A stretch of DNA of 64,000 nucleotides from Eledone cirrhosa (GCA_964016885.1 OZ024746.1:48546001-48610000); one strand, 5' to 3'; shown: positions 14,406 to 28,050, numbered from the stretch's first letter. Notes: a model not told the origin generated them from the sequence alone. Made by a program: numbers and translations.

Positions 14406-15810
14406 CTATCCGTTAGGGTATAACGTGGAGCTGTAATAGAGGAAAGTCTTGTGCAATTTATGTTTACAAGCCGAAATTGCCTCAGATTTTTTGTTTAAGA
14501 TGTGGTCTGTGGCGTAGAGTATTTCCAGGGCCTCAGCGGCGCAGAGGTCACATGGTCTTTTATTTCCGTTATACGATCTAGCCCTAGCTAGGATCTCCCA
14601 GTGTAACTTATATTGGGTGTGGTTGTCTTTTAGACTCCAGATATAAGCTGAAAGTGACGTCATATTCCTTCTAAGAGGGTAACGAAAAGAATGGGTATGC
14701 ATGTAAAGACGCTGCTTGAAACTATTGGCGGTTAACCCTATGTAGGCCCTACGGGACGTGGGTGTTACAACCTTACATTTGTAGACAATGTTACTAGAGA
14801 GGCATTTCCCGGATAGGGGGCAATCAACCCGATTCCTGCAATTACAGTTAGTACTAACTACAGGGTTGCACGTGTATCGTCGGCTAGGCAGTTTAGCTAA
14901 ATTTGAAGCTGTGGTGTTATGTGTAAGGTTAGGAGTCGTAGAGTAAGAAATTTTAATAGTATTTCTATTTAAAATGTTACTATATTTATGTGTAGGGGGA
15001 AAATGCTTCGTAATAAGGGAAAGAAAGATCTTAGCTAATGGTGTGGCCACCTCCATATTATATGGTGGGATATACCAACAAATGCGACGGGGTCTATTAC
15101 TACTAGGTCTATTATCGTACTCTGTATATGCTACCTTATCGACAAATCCACTTCGAGCAAGAGCTTCATTGTAATAAGTGGAATAGTCGTTGAAAATACG
15201 TTCGTTGGTGGAAAGACGGGAAAGCCTCAACGAAACGTTTCTTACCAGGTTCTTGGTTATGCTGGCAGGATGGTTGGAATGCTTACTTATGTAATTAAGC
15301 GTATCATTCGGTTTTCTATACGGGTAATACAACCCATTCAATAAATTGAGGGTAACGTCGAGGTAATTAACGGCCGAGAGATTGGCCTCAACCTGTATAG
15401 AGAGGTTGAAGCCTTTAAAGAAGGCTGTGAGTTCTTTTCTGAACCTGTCGCAAGCACGAGGGCCGCACTTAGTCATGGTCAAAAGACCATCGTCACAGTA
15501 CAAACCACCGCCCGCGCTGGGGAATTCGTCCTTGATAGAGAAAAGAAGGAAACGGCCGATAAGATCAGTAACCTCCGCAGAATCACTGGCGCCCATACTC
15601 ACGTCGAATGGGGTACTATTGGATTTTTTAATCCAAATAGAGTCGTCGAAATTAATCACCGACTTTCGGGCATTGAGGATGACATCAACTTCGAAATCCT
15701 TAACCACTGTGAGTGTTTTAGCGAAACAGATAGCTCTAAGGAGGAGTGGTAAAGTGATGGAGGAGTAGTAGTTGTTGATGTCGAATTGGATAAAACGGCA
15801 ATGTTCATCT
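14406..15810 (-). pseudogene. Penelope-type RT / GIY-YIG endonuclease (N-truncated; the frame extends upstream of the ORF-track start)
   Basis: FDINNYYSSI, FDVSMGA.DSAEV, LYCDD, YRKPN..YI...SNHP, a Cys linker CNC...CPL..KC (Neptune-like), and IVY...YIGLT..FKQR..H. Confidence 0.9.
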
Positions 15811-16226
15811 CAACATCCTGGACCGGACCGAACCTCTGGACCCTATTTCTCCCCACTTTACCCTGAAGGATCACAAATCCAATTTTCCGAACAACCCTTC
15901 TATTCGGCTTATTAACCCTACGAAGTCCGATTTAGGTAGACTTAGTAAAACGATTCTTGATAGAATTATACCTGAAATTAGAAGTTTGGCCCCTCTTGCA
16001 CTGTGGAACCATTCTTTCTTAGTCTACGAATTCTTTTATACCATAAACGTGGTTCTGTCTTTGCGCGTAATTGTTTTTCACCGCTCCTAATAATGACGTA
16101 TTATATTCGTTTGTTCCCGTTCTTTGCCAGCGAACGTTTCCACGAACCAAAGTATCGTCTTCCTGTCTTCCTCCGGTTGCAATGTTTTTTAAATATCCAG
16201 TTCTGCGTTTACAGATTGACTTTGTT

Positions 16227-16277
16227 AGTTTCAGAAGATCCCGTTAAGGGTGAAAGCAGCGATTCTTTGCTTAAACT
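16227..16277 (+). ncRNA. Variant hammerhead (CAGAAGA core) in inverted pLTR
   Basis: Inverted copy of 13424-13474. Confidence 0.6.
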
Positions 16278-16293
16278 TTAATCTGTTATTTTA

Positions 16294-16357
<64 letters not shown>

Positions 16358-16368
16358 CCATGCCCATT

Positions 16369-16408
16369 CCGAGCTGAGGATCCGCTAAGGTGAAACAATT
16401 GTTCTCGG
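16369..16408 (+). ncRNA. Minimal type I hammerhead ribozyme (40 nt)
   Basis: CCGAG-CUGAGGA-U CC GCUAA GG U-GAAA-C AAUU GUU^-CUCGG. Stem III is palindromic (ACAAUUGU). It sits in a ~150-bp insert between (TA)n tracts. Confidence 0.8.
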
Positions 16409-17179
16409 TATGGTGAACTAACTGTTGTGTAGCCACTTCTACCTAACTCGTCCCATGGACTGAGTGCTCTACCACTACGGATATTACCTTCCAGTGTTCC
16501 ACCACTATATGTATATATATATATTGGGACAGGATGAAATAATTACATGTAATCAATATATTTCAGCAAATATCCCAGAATAGCTCGATAGAAGTATATA
16601 ACAAACTGTCTGCTTTCGATATTATATTTTTAGGCCAGAGTAATTGTAGTTGTTGTTGTTTTTGAGCCTCAAATCAACTCTGATTCATAGGTCCCACTAC
16701 AAAAGGCATTCCAGCCATGATCGCCCAGTATATTCTTCTTTATTTTTGGTTTAACAGTATATCTACATTAAATTATTAATTCTCTTTAAATTGCCGGCCT
16801 TAAGCCAAAAGTATAAACAATTATTGTCATTTTAGTTCTGAAGTCTCTCCAATGTCGAAAATTAAGAGAAAGTGTTGAAATCAATTTCACATGTTTCTCC
16901 TTTAATAATTAAGTTGGTATCGTTATCTACAAATAATCATTCTATCTGACATGAGGAAAGTACAGTTGTAAACACGGTAGAGGGTTAGTCTAAATGATTG
17001 CGGTATTTTATGATACTTGTTTACGTTCAGAGTTCAAATTCCACAAAAACTGACTTTAATTAATGTTTTTAGCTTTAATATAAAATCATTTCAATATCGA
17101 TGAAATTAGAACCATTAAAATGTTAGGATCGATTTAATTAATATAAACTATTGATTTCTCGCATAGACAAGCGCAAATT

Positions 17180-17362
17180 TGGAGGAAATGGTTAGTCAAT
17201 TAAATCAACCCCTGTACTTGACTGGTGCTTTATTTTATCGACATTGTAAGGATAAAAGGTAAAATTGATCTGGACAGGATTTGAAGTAAGTAAGTAAAGA
17301 ACTGATTAAATACCGCAATGCATTTCCTCCCATACTCAATGATTCTGTCAATCCAGCACCCT
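17180..17362 (-). mobile_element. tRNA-derived SINE (degraded)
   Basis: ctggtgctttattttatcgac..aaggataaaaggtaaa family signature. Confidence 0.6.
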
Positions 17363-17899
17363 TGAAAACATGGTGTAGAGATGAAAGAAAAATATTCTCA
17401 TAATAATGGTGCACAGCACCATATAACCATGTAACCTAAAACTCCAGACACCCTTATTTATTTTAAAACCCAGAGTAAAACATGAGAAAATTCCCTTTTT
17501 AATATATTTTCATTAAAACATTTTATTGTTCATTGATCTAAGCATTTTAAAGCAAATTCAGCTGCTTATATCTTTCACGATAATTTCTACACCCTGTCTC
17601 TATCTTTTAATCTATTCTCTTGTTTTCTTCCAGAGAACATACATGTATCTTACGGGAACGCTCATATGTGTTAAAGGTTTCGTTTGCGATATTGCTCATA
17701 TCCTTGATTGTTTGACATGTGTAATTAAGAATTACGTTTCATAGTGTTGCCATCGTTGTTCATGTTTGTATAGTTGATGAATTATAGAAGCATTGTTGTC
17801 GGTAATCTTTCGCTGTTAATATGTTGAAGATAAAGGTCAATTGATGATCAAGGTACATTCATTTAGTTTCCTAACCAGATTAACTTGATAAATTGATAC

Positions 17900-18250
17900 C
17901 CGTGCTTTAGTTCCGAATTCTGTATTGAAATGATGCCGGTAAATGACCGTAGGGCTAAATTCATATTACGCATTATAAGATACTATGTCCTAACAGACAT
18001 GTATGTAATTACAGAAAATTTGGCTTCTTATAACTCTTTGTCTAATCATTTTTCTGTGAACTATTCACTAAAATTTGTTAATCCAACGAATTCTGAGATT
18101 CACACACAAACAATTGTGAGAACACAGGGACTTGCCAAATGTAAATATAGAGCAATGCAAGTTACGTTTGATAATTTGTTTGCTACATATCAACTGCAGA
18201 TTATTTGTCAGTGAATGTTTCCTCCATATGACACTACTATAAAAATTTAA
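17900..18250 (+). mobile_element. Degraded Merlin (IS1595/ISXO2-like) transposase remnant
   Basis: VNDRRAKFILRIIRYYV, and NYSLKFVNPTNSEIHTQTI matching the NHS..FV.P..G.HTQ.IE motif. Confidence 0.65.
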
Positions 18251-19611
18251 ATGTATTTTATACAGAGTATTTCGTAGTTTACCCATTTAAAATTATCTAT
18301 TAATGGCAAAATTCCTGTTTTGCGGTCCCCTTCTGTATTATATCTTCATAATTGTGTGAATAATGAATGTTTTGATGAAACTTTACACAGCTTCCTGTTT
18401 AACGTTATAAATTATGAAAATGCTGATGCAATCTAAAATAAGTGTTTGTTTATTTTGCAATTCATACTTGAAGAAATGTCATTGCGTTTCTATAGAATAT
18501 CTATAACCTTATCATCATTACTTTTACAGCATTACAAATACTGATCGAAAGTAACAAAAAACACGGAAGTATTATACAACAATTAAAGTATTATGTTATC
18601 ATCTTTATTTCTGGTGTCCTTGGCCCTAGGACCACCTCCCTACTCATCACCATCGGCACAGAATTGGCTACTCGCAGGTGTGAGCCTCGCCAGCTGGAAT
18701 GGCTCTTCTAGCGCGTCTCCCTCACCATCATCCGGGGAAACACCTTCTCTATTCTGTTTGCCGGGATCGCGGGGCGGCCAGCGCGCGGGCCTCCATTTGC
18801 TCGCAATAATGAGCGAAGGAGGATTAACACACTGTAATCGCAATAAACTATAGGTTCGAGTACCACTCGCATTAAAAAAAAATCGTTTATGAACGCTCTT
18901 ATCGAAAACACATCGACAACACATCGAAAACATATTTTTGTAGAAATTCATGAGGAAACGGTAGATGAGGCATGACCAAATGGTGAAAATGTTAACTTCA
19001 CAATCATTAGCTATTTGGTTCGAACCTACTATATGGTATAAAGAACAAGTGTCATTTGCTATAGTCTTGGTATCCATGTCTTGTGGGGGGTAATTGGGTT
19101 GAAGGAAATTGCTTGGAAGCCCATCGGATGACCCGAACCTGTAATTCAAAGGACAGCCTTGTCACGCTGAATCACCCTGAGAATTTCTTAAGGGTACACG
19201 TGTCTGTGGAATGCTCAGCCATTTATGTGTTAATTTCGTGAGCAGTCTGATCCATTGACTGAATAGCTAGACCATTCATCGTCAAAACCGACGGAGGTCC
19301 ATTTCATATGAGGTAACAGATACGAGAAGTGTGAGCATTAAACTGTAATTATAACTTATTAATTAGCTGATTAAAATTTGCTTTATATTGTATTTTTGTT
19401 AATTTGCGTTGTTAAAATCATTAATTAATTAGTAGATTAAAATGTGTTTTGTATTGTGTATTATGAAATTGATGTTAAAATTATTTATAACCCGTAAAAT
19501 GTATTTCGTAATTCGTGGATCCAAAAATTTAATTAAAATAGCCTCGTCATAGTCGTTGTTCTTTCTTCAATTCACAGTCATTTTCAAGCTAACAATAATT
19601 GCCCAGAAAAT

Positions 19612-19802
19612 ATAATTGTTTCTACTTTTGGCAGAAGGCCAGGAATTACCCAGTACATTACTGGTACTTTATTTTATCGACCCCGTAAGGATGAAAGGCA
19701 AAGTTAACCTCGGCGGGATTTGAACTCAGAATGGCAAGGGCCGTAACTCTATGCGTCAAAGCATGGCGTCCGACCCTCTACCGACGCTGCCAACCCACCG
19801 CC
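19612..19802 (-). mobile_element. tRNA-derived SINE (best-preserved copy)
   Basis: Minus strand: GGCGGTGGGT-TGGCAGCGTCGG (A box)...GAGTTCAAATCC (B box), then the family body. Confidence 0.8.
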
Positions 19803-20208
19803 CAGAAAATATAATGATTGAGAGAATTGGTTCCAATTTCTAGAAATTTTAATAACCGTATCGAGGTTCCATTGAATGTTTTTTTAACACCAAATAACAT
19901 TTTTTGTTATTCACTGTTTTTAAGTAGTTTTGGAATTTTTATATTTTGAACATTAATTTATTTTTTATTTAAAAAAAATCAGTATTTGATTAAATTTAAA
20001 GGATTCTAAGCTACAGCATACTTTTTTGTTTTATATATATACTGGAAAATGTATGAGATCCTTGGTACAGTTAGGTATATTTGAAAAAAAGGAAAATAAT
20101 GACTTTACTTGTAGTTCTAAACAATTTGATTTAATTTTATAATATTATAATATAACATTAAATCAAATTGTTTAGAACTACAAGTGAGGTCATACTTTTT
20201 CTTTTTTT

Positions 20209-20269
<61 letters not shown>

Positions 20270-20376
20270 ACAATAATAAATTTGAAGACTAAAATCCAAA
20301 GAGGGCTAGATAAGGATAAATATATATCAAATATATAAGAACCGTAGAGCAAATATTTATTAAAATAACAGATTAA

Positions 20377-20427
20377 AGTTTAAGCAAAGAATCGCTGCTT
20401 TCACCCTTAACGGGATCTTCTGAAACT
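20377..20427 (-). ncRNA. Variant hammerhead (CAGAAGA core)
   Basis: Same motif as 13424-13474. Confidence 0.6.
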
Positions 20428-22568
20428 AACAAAATCAATCTGTAAACGCAGAAGTAAATATTTCAAAAAACGTTGCAACCGGAGGAAGATGATACTTTGG
20501 TTCGTGGAAACGTTCCCTGGCAAAGAACGGGAAAAAACGAATATAATACGTCACTATTTGGAGCGGTGAAAAACAATTACAGGCAAAGACACAACCACGT
20601 TTATGGTATAAAAGAAGTCGTAGACTAATATTCTCTTAGGTGGTTCATAGAGACGTTCTCTGGCAATGAACGAAAAAAACGAAGATAATACGTCATATGT
20701 GGCACGCAAAGACAAAACCACGTAAATGGTATAACGGAAGTCGTAGACTAAAATTCTAACTAGGAAACCGAATAATTCTCCGCTTCAGAGTTAAGAACAA
20801 AGTAAATAAAATACAGAGGTAATTGAAATTAAATAAATACATACACGCATCCAAATACGTACATACACAAGCATACGCGAAAACACTCGCCATAGGTATA
20901 CAAGTACACGCACATATAAATATGTGTGTTTGTGTGCGTGTATACAAATAATTAAATAAACGTATATAAATAAATAAATACGTATATAACAAGCGCACAC
21001 ACATACCTACATGTAAATACACAAATGTTTGGTGACGTAAGTCAACCAAAACACGAAGTACACATATACACACACCCTATACACGTACAACCCGCATACT
21101 CACACGGACGCAAAACTCACGTATACACATAACCAAAAGCATATGTACCAGAATATATAAAAATATACGCCATAACATATACAATCAAATATACGTACGA
21201 GAAAGTATACGTACCTTCACAAAACATACAGGTAATATATACTTACCTATGCAAATAAGTAATGGTATAAACATAACATATACTTAGCTACCACATCAAG
21301 ACGTAAAATATCCACGTATAGATCGTACTATCCGTTAGGGTATAATGTGGGGTTGTAATACATGAAAGTTTTGTGCAATTTATGTTTACAAGCCGAACTT
21401 GCCTCAGATTTTTTGTTTAAGATGTGGTCTGTGGCGTAGAGTATTTCTAGGGCCTCAGTGGCGCAGAGGTCACATGGTCTTTTATTTCCGTTATACGATC
21501 TAGCCCTAGCTGGGATCTCTCAGTGTAACTTATATTGGGTGTCGTTGTCTTTTAGACTCCAGATATAAGCTGAAAGTGACGTCATATTCCTTCTTAGAGG
21601 GTAATGAAAAGAATGGGTATGCATGTAAAGACGCTGCTTGAATATATTGGCGGTTAACCCTATGTAGGCCCTACGGGACGTGGGTGTTACAACCTTACAT
21701 TTGTAGACAATGTTACTAGAGAGGTATTTCCCGGATAGGGGGCAATCAACCCGATTCCTATAATTACAGTTAGTACTAACTACAGGGTTGCACGTATTCC
21801 TACGGCTAGGTAGTTTAGCTAAATTTGAAGCTGCGATGTTATGTGCAAGGCTAGGAGTCGTAGTGTAAGAAATTTTAATAGTATTTCTATTAAACATTTT
21901 ACTATATTTATGTGTAGGGGGAAATGATCGTAATAAGGGATAGAAAGATCTTAGCTAATGGTGTGGCCACCTCCATATTATATGGTGGGTTATACCAACA
22001 AATGCGTCGGGATCTATTTCTTCTAGGTCTATTTTCGTACTCTGTATATGCTACCTTATCGACAAATCCACTCCGAGCGAGAGCTTCATTGTAATATGTG
22101 GAATGGTCGTTGAAAATATGCTCGTTAGCAGATAGACGGGAAAGCCTCAACGAAACGTTTCTTACCAGGTTCTTGGTTATCCTAGCAGGATGGTTGGAAT
22201 GCTTACTTATGTAATTAAGCGTATCATTCGGCTTTCTATACGGGTAATACAAGCCTTTCGATAAATTGAGAGTAACGTCGAGGTAATTAACGACCGAGAG
22301 GTTGGCCTCAACCTGTATAGAGAGGTTGAAGCCTTTAAAGAAGGCTGTGAATTCATTTCTGAACCTGTCGCAAGCACGAGGGCCGCAATTAGTCACGGTC
22401 AAAAAACCATCATCACGGTACAAACCACCACCCACGTTGGGGAATTCGTCCTTGATAGAGAAAAGAAGGAAACGGCCGATAAGATCAGTAACCTCCGCAG
22501 AATCGCTGGCGCCCACACTCACGTCGAATGGGGTACTATTTGATTTTTTAATCCAAATTGATTTTGTT

Positions 22569-22619
22569 AGTTTCAGAAGATCCCGTTAAGGGTGAAAGCA
22601 GCGATTCTTTGCTTAAACT
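22569..22619 (+). ncRNA. Variant hammerhead (CAGAAGA core), inverted copy
   Basis: Same motif as 16227-16277. Confidence 0.6.
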
Positions 22620-22635
22620 TTAATCTGTTATTTTA

Positions 22636-22712
<77 letters not shown>

Positions 22713-23139
22713 TTTGCAGTGTATAAACTGACAATTAATTGTTTAAATCTGAATGTGTTAGGCGTTTCACTTTTTGAAGATGTAAACTTTTTTCGGTTTC
22801 AATTTGTATAGGATTAAAAAGGAATGAAACAAATTAAAACAGACTTATACACTTCAAATACAAACGAAATATATTTATATTTGGAAGGAAAAAATAAATA
22901 ACTGTAGCGGCAATCAGTTTTTGTTCGAAAAATATATTTTTTTAAAATCTCTGAAATATATATTTGTAGATTGTGTTTGAATCTCCTGTTTAAATACTTT
23001 GAAAAACCTAAGGATAAATTAAAAAGGTGTGATAAAATTATGCAGTAAGTTATGAATAAGACAAGGAGATGTAACTGAATGAAGCAATAGCTTTATTGAT
23101 TCTTCAATTCACGATAGTTGCTAAAACCAATATATTGCG

Positions 23140-23310
23140 ATTAATGTAACTCACAGAAAGATTCAGTGTGACACTGTGTGAGAAGGGTGCACATGTTTTC
23201 CAGCTCAGTTAACGTGAAATAAAGTATTTTGATCGAGGACAGAAGGCGCTCCGGGGAATCGAACTCACGGCTTTAGGATCGAGAGCTTAACATCTTAACC
23301 ATTAAAACAC
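23140..23310 (-). mobile_element. tRNA-derived SINE, second family
   Basis: Reverse B-box ggaatcgaactc and cttaaccatta A-box region. Confidence 0.55.
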
Positions 23311-23842
23311 GAACATTCTAACTCTCACCGTAATAAAACATAAATGTAATAACGGTTTCTAATTTTTGCACAAGGCCAGCAATTGTTTCAGATAGGAGAG
23401 GAAACATTAGATTATATCAAACTTTGTTTCACCGACTACGGAATGTTGAAAGTCCACAGTGAGCTTTTGGTCGGGACTTTATCTTAAAACATGAGCCAGA
23501 ATAAATATTGCTAAGCATCTGCGTACCAATCCACTTCCTTCAGCACTAAAGTAATAATAACTATGAAATTAAGATATATTGGCAATGGTAATTCTGAGGA
23601 ACTAAAAGCAGCCAAAAACAGCATTGGAGTTGAAGCAGTTGGACGAGAAATAATGCTGCTACAACTGTTAAGCGGATAATACCGATTTTTCCAATTAAGA
23701 ACATAAACTTAAATATATTTTGCTAATAGATGTAAACAATTTAGCGGCAACTGATCAGAGGATGCTTCTAGTATGCATGCACACATACATAATACATACA
23801 TGCATACATGCATACATATATATATGTATGCATCCGTTTTTC

Positions 23843-23915
<73 letters not shown>

Positions 23916-24166
23916 ATATATATACATATATATATCATGTATACATATACATATACACGCACACGCACGCACACATACAAACACACACATATATATATAT
24001 ATATATAGATGTATATATGTATGTATGTACGTATGTATGTATGATATGTATATGTATGTATATGTATGTATCTATGTATGTAAGTATGTATACAAAGACG
24101 CATAAATACCTACATGCATAAATTCACATACACACAATCACGCATATTTGGTAAATTTCATATATG

Positions 24167-24255
<89 letters not shown>

Positions 24256-24725
24256 TGAGAGAGAGAATAGAATGTAAGAGAGTGGGAAAATTAAAATTAA
24301 ATAAGGTAATCGAAACATAAAAGGAATCTACAGTTTTAACTAACTAATATCAATAAGACGTTTGGTCATGTCCTCTCCATCGAAAGTCAGCCGATATGAG
24401 AGCTTCTATGTAGTCGCTTGGTTTGCTAGAATTAGCAACTGAATTTCTTTTCTACGGTATTTAGAAATAAATTTATTTCTCATAATGTTATCCTAGATAC
24501 ATTTATGTCTGAATAAAATTTGAGATGATCATAGATAGAATTCTATCGATTCGAATTCGCGATCAAAGATTAGCGGGGCTAAACAACAATAAAAACAACA
24601 ACATCGACAAATACAACCACAATTTAACAAGCAACACATTAAACCAAATAAACAAAAATATAACAACATCAATAAACAACATAAAAATATAACTATAATG
24701 ACGACAATTTCAATAATAACAACAT

Positions 24726-24726
<1 letters not shown>

Positions 24727-24820
<94 letters not shown>

Positions 24821-24830
24821 TAATAATAAA
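24727..24830. repeat. (CAA)n(TAA)n microsatellite
   Basis: Direct tandem repeat with no element inserted. Confidence 0.95.
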
Positions 24831-26044
24831 TATCAGAGGGTACAAATAAGAAAATAATGCAAAATATCGCATCGCAACAACTATAATGATAGCTGCTCTG
24901 ACGCAAGCGTGTTAAACATCAAAAGTGATAAATTAATGGAAGTCATACGAGACTAATTGGATGTTTTATGGGAAAAACCAACGTATTGTGGAATCTAAAA
25001 TCAAAAGGAGAATTAGAAAAAAATATTACAAATATAATTATGTTTTTTTTCGTTTTTACATAAGCACTAATGGTAGCAACACTCTTATCTACTATGCCAC
25101 ATGCCTATGAATCAACGTGGGAACCTCCTTGTAGTCACATGCTTTGCTAGAGATAGCGGCCAAATGTCACTTAAACCACATCTTACCGCATTAGTAAAAC
25201 GACCTGTGATAAGTCACCCGGTGATAGTTTCTCAAACAGGAACCTGGTGAAGTAAGCGCCAGCCTCAGGCTCCGTTGGCAGACAGGCTAAAGATCGTATG
25301 CTAACAGAGTATCGGATCTTCATCGAATCACATTCTCCTTACTTCTTGCGATCGAAGTGGAGATGACCATTCGCATGTAACAGCTACGTTATCTGGTCTG
25401 ACTTTACCAGCATACATCTGGTGCCATCCTCCTGGGTAACGGATTCGACATTCTGTCTTCAACAAATTTATACGAGATGCCGATTACATATCATTTTCAG
25501 TCTAATGGACCTTTTTCATAGTCAAGGTTTCGACAAACCAACTTTTGCTGTCAATGTCATTATGTTATATGCAACTATGTTGTTAAAATATGCGAGAATT
25601 ATTTGTTGAAATCAATTCCTGCAAGTTACTGGATGTTTCTGCATGTGAGTCTTTCCATGTCTGCTTTTATTAGTTGGTATATATTTCTTTCTTTTGTTTT
25701 TGTTGCTAGATTTAGAATGAACAGTTTTCGGAATTCGGGAAGGTTTATTGAATAATTAATTTGTGTAAATGTTCTGATTTGGATAAAGTAGGTTTTGCAC
25801 TACAGTTATTAAATCTATTCTGCTTGTAACAGACATACTGAAAGCAATTTAGTTTAAGTCCATATTTCGTAAATACTCAGTGTTTCCTTACGTAATGTCT
25901 CAACTGAGTTATTATTAATGTTAGTTTGCTTAATTCTCTTATTTCTTTTTCTTCTTTCCCTTTCTTTTTTGTTGCATTCAAATATTATTATTTCTTAATT
26001 GTAAATATTATTGTGTGCTTTGAGTTCTATGAATTCTATATAAA

Positions 26045-26248
26045 GGAACAAGACCAACAATGTTTTGAGGGGAGAGGAAAAAGTCGATAAAATTGATCTC
26101 AATGCGTTTTTGGTACTTTATTTTATCGACGCCATAAGGATGGAAGATAAAGCTAACCCCGGCGGGATTTAAACTCAGAATGGGACATAACTATATACCG
26201 CAAAGCATGTTATCTGACGCTCTATTGATACTACCAATCCACCACCCA
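26045..26248 (-). mobile_element. tRNA-derived SINE
   Basis: Matches the 19612-19802 family. Confidence 0.7.
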
Positions 26249-27429
26249 ATGAATTCTATATATTTTGTATATTTGTTAGACATCGAAAATGTTTGGCTAA
26301 CATTTGCTGGAGCTTGTCAGTCATCAACTTAATAATTCAAACCTGTCTTTGCTAATAATATAAATATTTGGATGATGAAAACACTGTACTAGTATAAGTA
26401 ATATAGCGATAGTATTTTGTCGATTTCATTCTCGATGACACGGTGTCTGACAACATGTGGCCGAGGGCGAAATTCTTAAGATACGTGATCTGATTTAATG
26501 GTTTATTGCACTGCGATAACTTTCATAGTGATGTTTAATTTATATTTTAAATATTCCTCAGTTTTCAAGTATAGGAATTTTAAAAACTCTTTTTCAACAT
26601 TAATATTCAAATTTATTGCTTTATAGATTTCTAAATGTATCATGGTTCTAATAAACAATCTTCTTTTACGGGTTTTGCAAAGAAATTTCAGTAAATTTCC
26701 ATCTAAATATATGCCAAGATCTTATATCAGAACAGAATTATTCAAAAGGCAAGCTCAATACGAGAGTTCAATAGGTTCGTGTGATGTGAGAAATGTTGAA
26801 TCACTATGTTTGTGGTTTATGATCCAAATATTTATAGTCTTAGCGATTCTTACACTTTTCATTTTGATATTTTTTGTTCACCATTTGTAATTTTATAAGT
26901 AATTTTATTGCATTTTCTTTCTTTTATGAGTTAAAGTAGTGTTCCTTCTGAACTTACGCAGTCTGATGAAATATATTTATATCCTTTTTCGATATCATAC
27001 ATGTATCTTGAGTTTCACGTGTCGAGATTAGCTGTAAAAGTTACCTGTAGTTATGGAAACACATTCTACTCGTATCAATTTATGCTTTCTTTGTTATGTT
27101 ATGAGGGAACTGAAAAGAAAATGCAATGTTCGAACATTTATTAATGTTGTCGCTGTCTTTGAATAATTTTACACGCTACATTTTTCGTGGCTTTTATCAT
27201 AAAATCAAAGAACATATTTTCATTTATCCTTCGGCTGAATGATAAATTTCTACTTGCATTTTTCTTATTTTGTTCTCCCTTCAGATGGTGTTGTTCATGT
27301 TTAAGCTGAGTTATGGTGTTTACACGCAGTGACCAGGATGCTGTTTATAACTTATATTATAAGAACATAACTTATATTAGATTAAAGTCAATGAAGTTTA
27401 AATCGGGATAATACACGTTTTCATCGGTT

Positions 27430-28050
27430 GCTTTATTATTTTCGTTTTGTTATTTCATCAATGTCAAATATACAGAAGATGGCTGTGTTTTTTTTGTGTT
27501 GTTTCAGCTTCTATACTCCAGCCGTGCTTTCTTTAGTGCCTCAGATAATGGTGTCAGGGATGGATAGAGAAGCAGGGGTGATAGGGGAGTCCCCTTGAAA
27601 TATCCCTCTTTTATTGGGATGAGTTCAGTTTATATAGTTCCATTCTTTGTTTGTATCAGCAGAACCGTGTGCTATCTACTCATGGCCTGCTTTATAAGCA
27701 TATTTATTGTTCGCTCTATTTTATTCGTGACTAGTGCGTCCACTACCCATATATGGGAAACACTGTCAAACGCCTTCTGGTAGTCAATCCCTGCCATGCT
27801 GAATGTTCTGTAGTTTTCCGTTATGGTTATATTGATTAGCCACATGAGCTTTTGCAGTATCCTTTCTGTTCTTCTGGAAGTACGTTGTTTTGTTCCAGGT
27901 GTTTGGTCAGTTTCTTCTATACCTTTGCAATTAACATTTTATATATACTAGGAAAGCATATTATGGGCCAGAAGTTTTTACGTTTGCTGTGTCATTTTCT
28001 GTGGGGATCAGAGTGATTTTTCCCTTAGTGAGCCTGTCAGGTGATTTTTT
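27430..28050 (-). mobile_element. Old R4/Dong-like RT fragment
   Basis: Minus strand reads MAGIDYQKAFDSVSHIW (~27750-27798) and KRGIFQGDS (~27588-27613). Confidence 0.75.

Larger units (their letters stand above)
13313..16300 (-). mobile_element. Penelope-like element copy 1 (5'-truncated, inverted 5' pLTR)
   Basis: RT + GIY-YIG ORF. 16019-16300 is the reverse complement of 13400-13683. Flanked by (TA)n. Confidence 0.92.
20265..22640 (-). mobile_element. Penelope-like element copy 2 (5'-truncated, short inverted pLTR 22557-22640)
   Basis: Colinear with 13313-15635. ORF pieces 21908-22522 (LYRDD) and 21520-21897 (GIY-YIG), with a frameshift and a stop. (TA)n on both sides. Confidence 0.92.

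Noticed and set aside
19700-19802. tRNA gene
   Set aside because: A and B boxes are present, but there is no cloverleaf and it continues into a multicopy SINE body.
25480-27300. Possible ancient Penelope-type RT remnant
   Set aside because: Only faint motif traces (KPT..); too degraded to support by eye.
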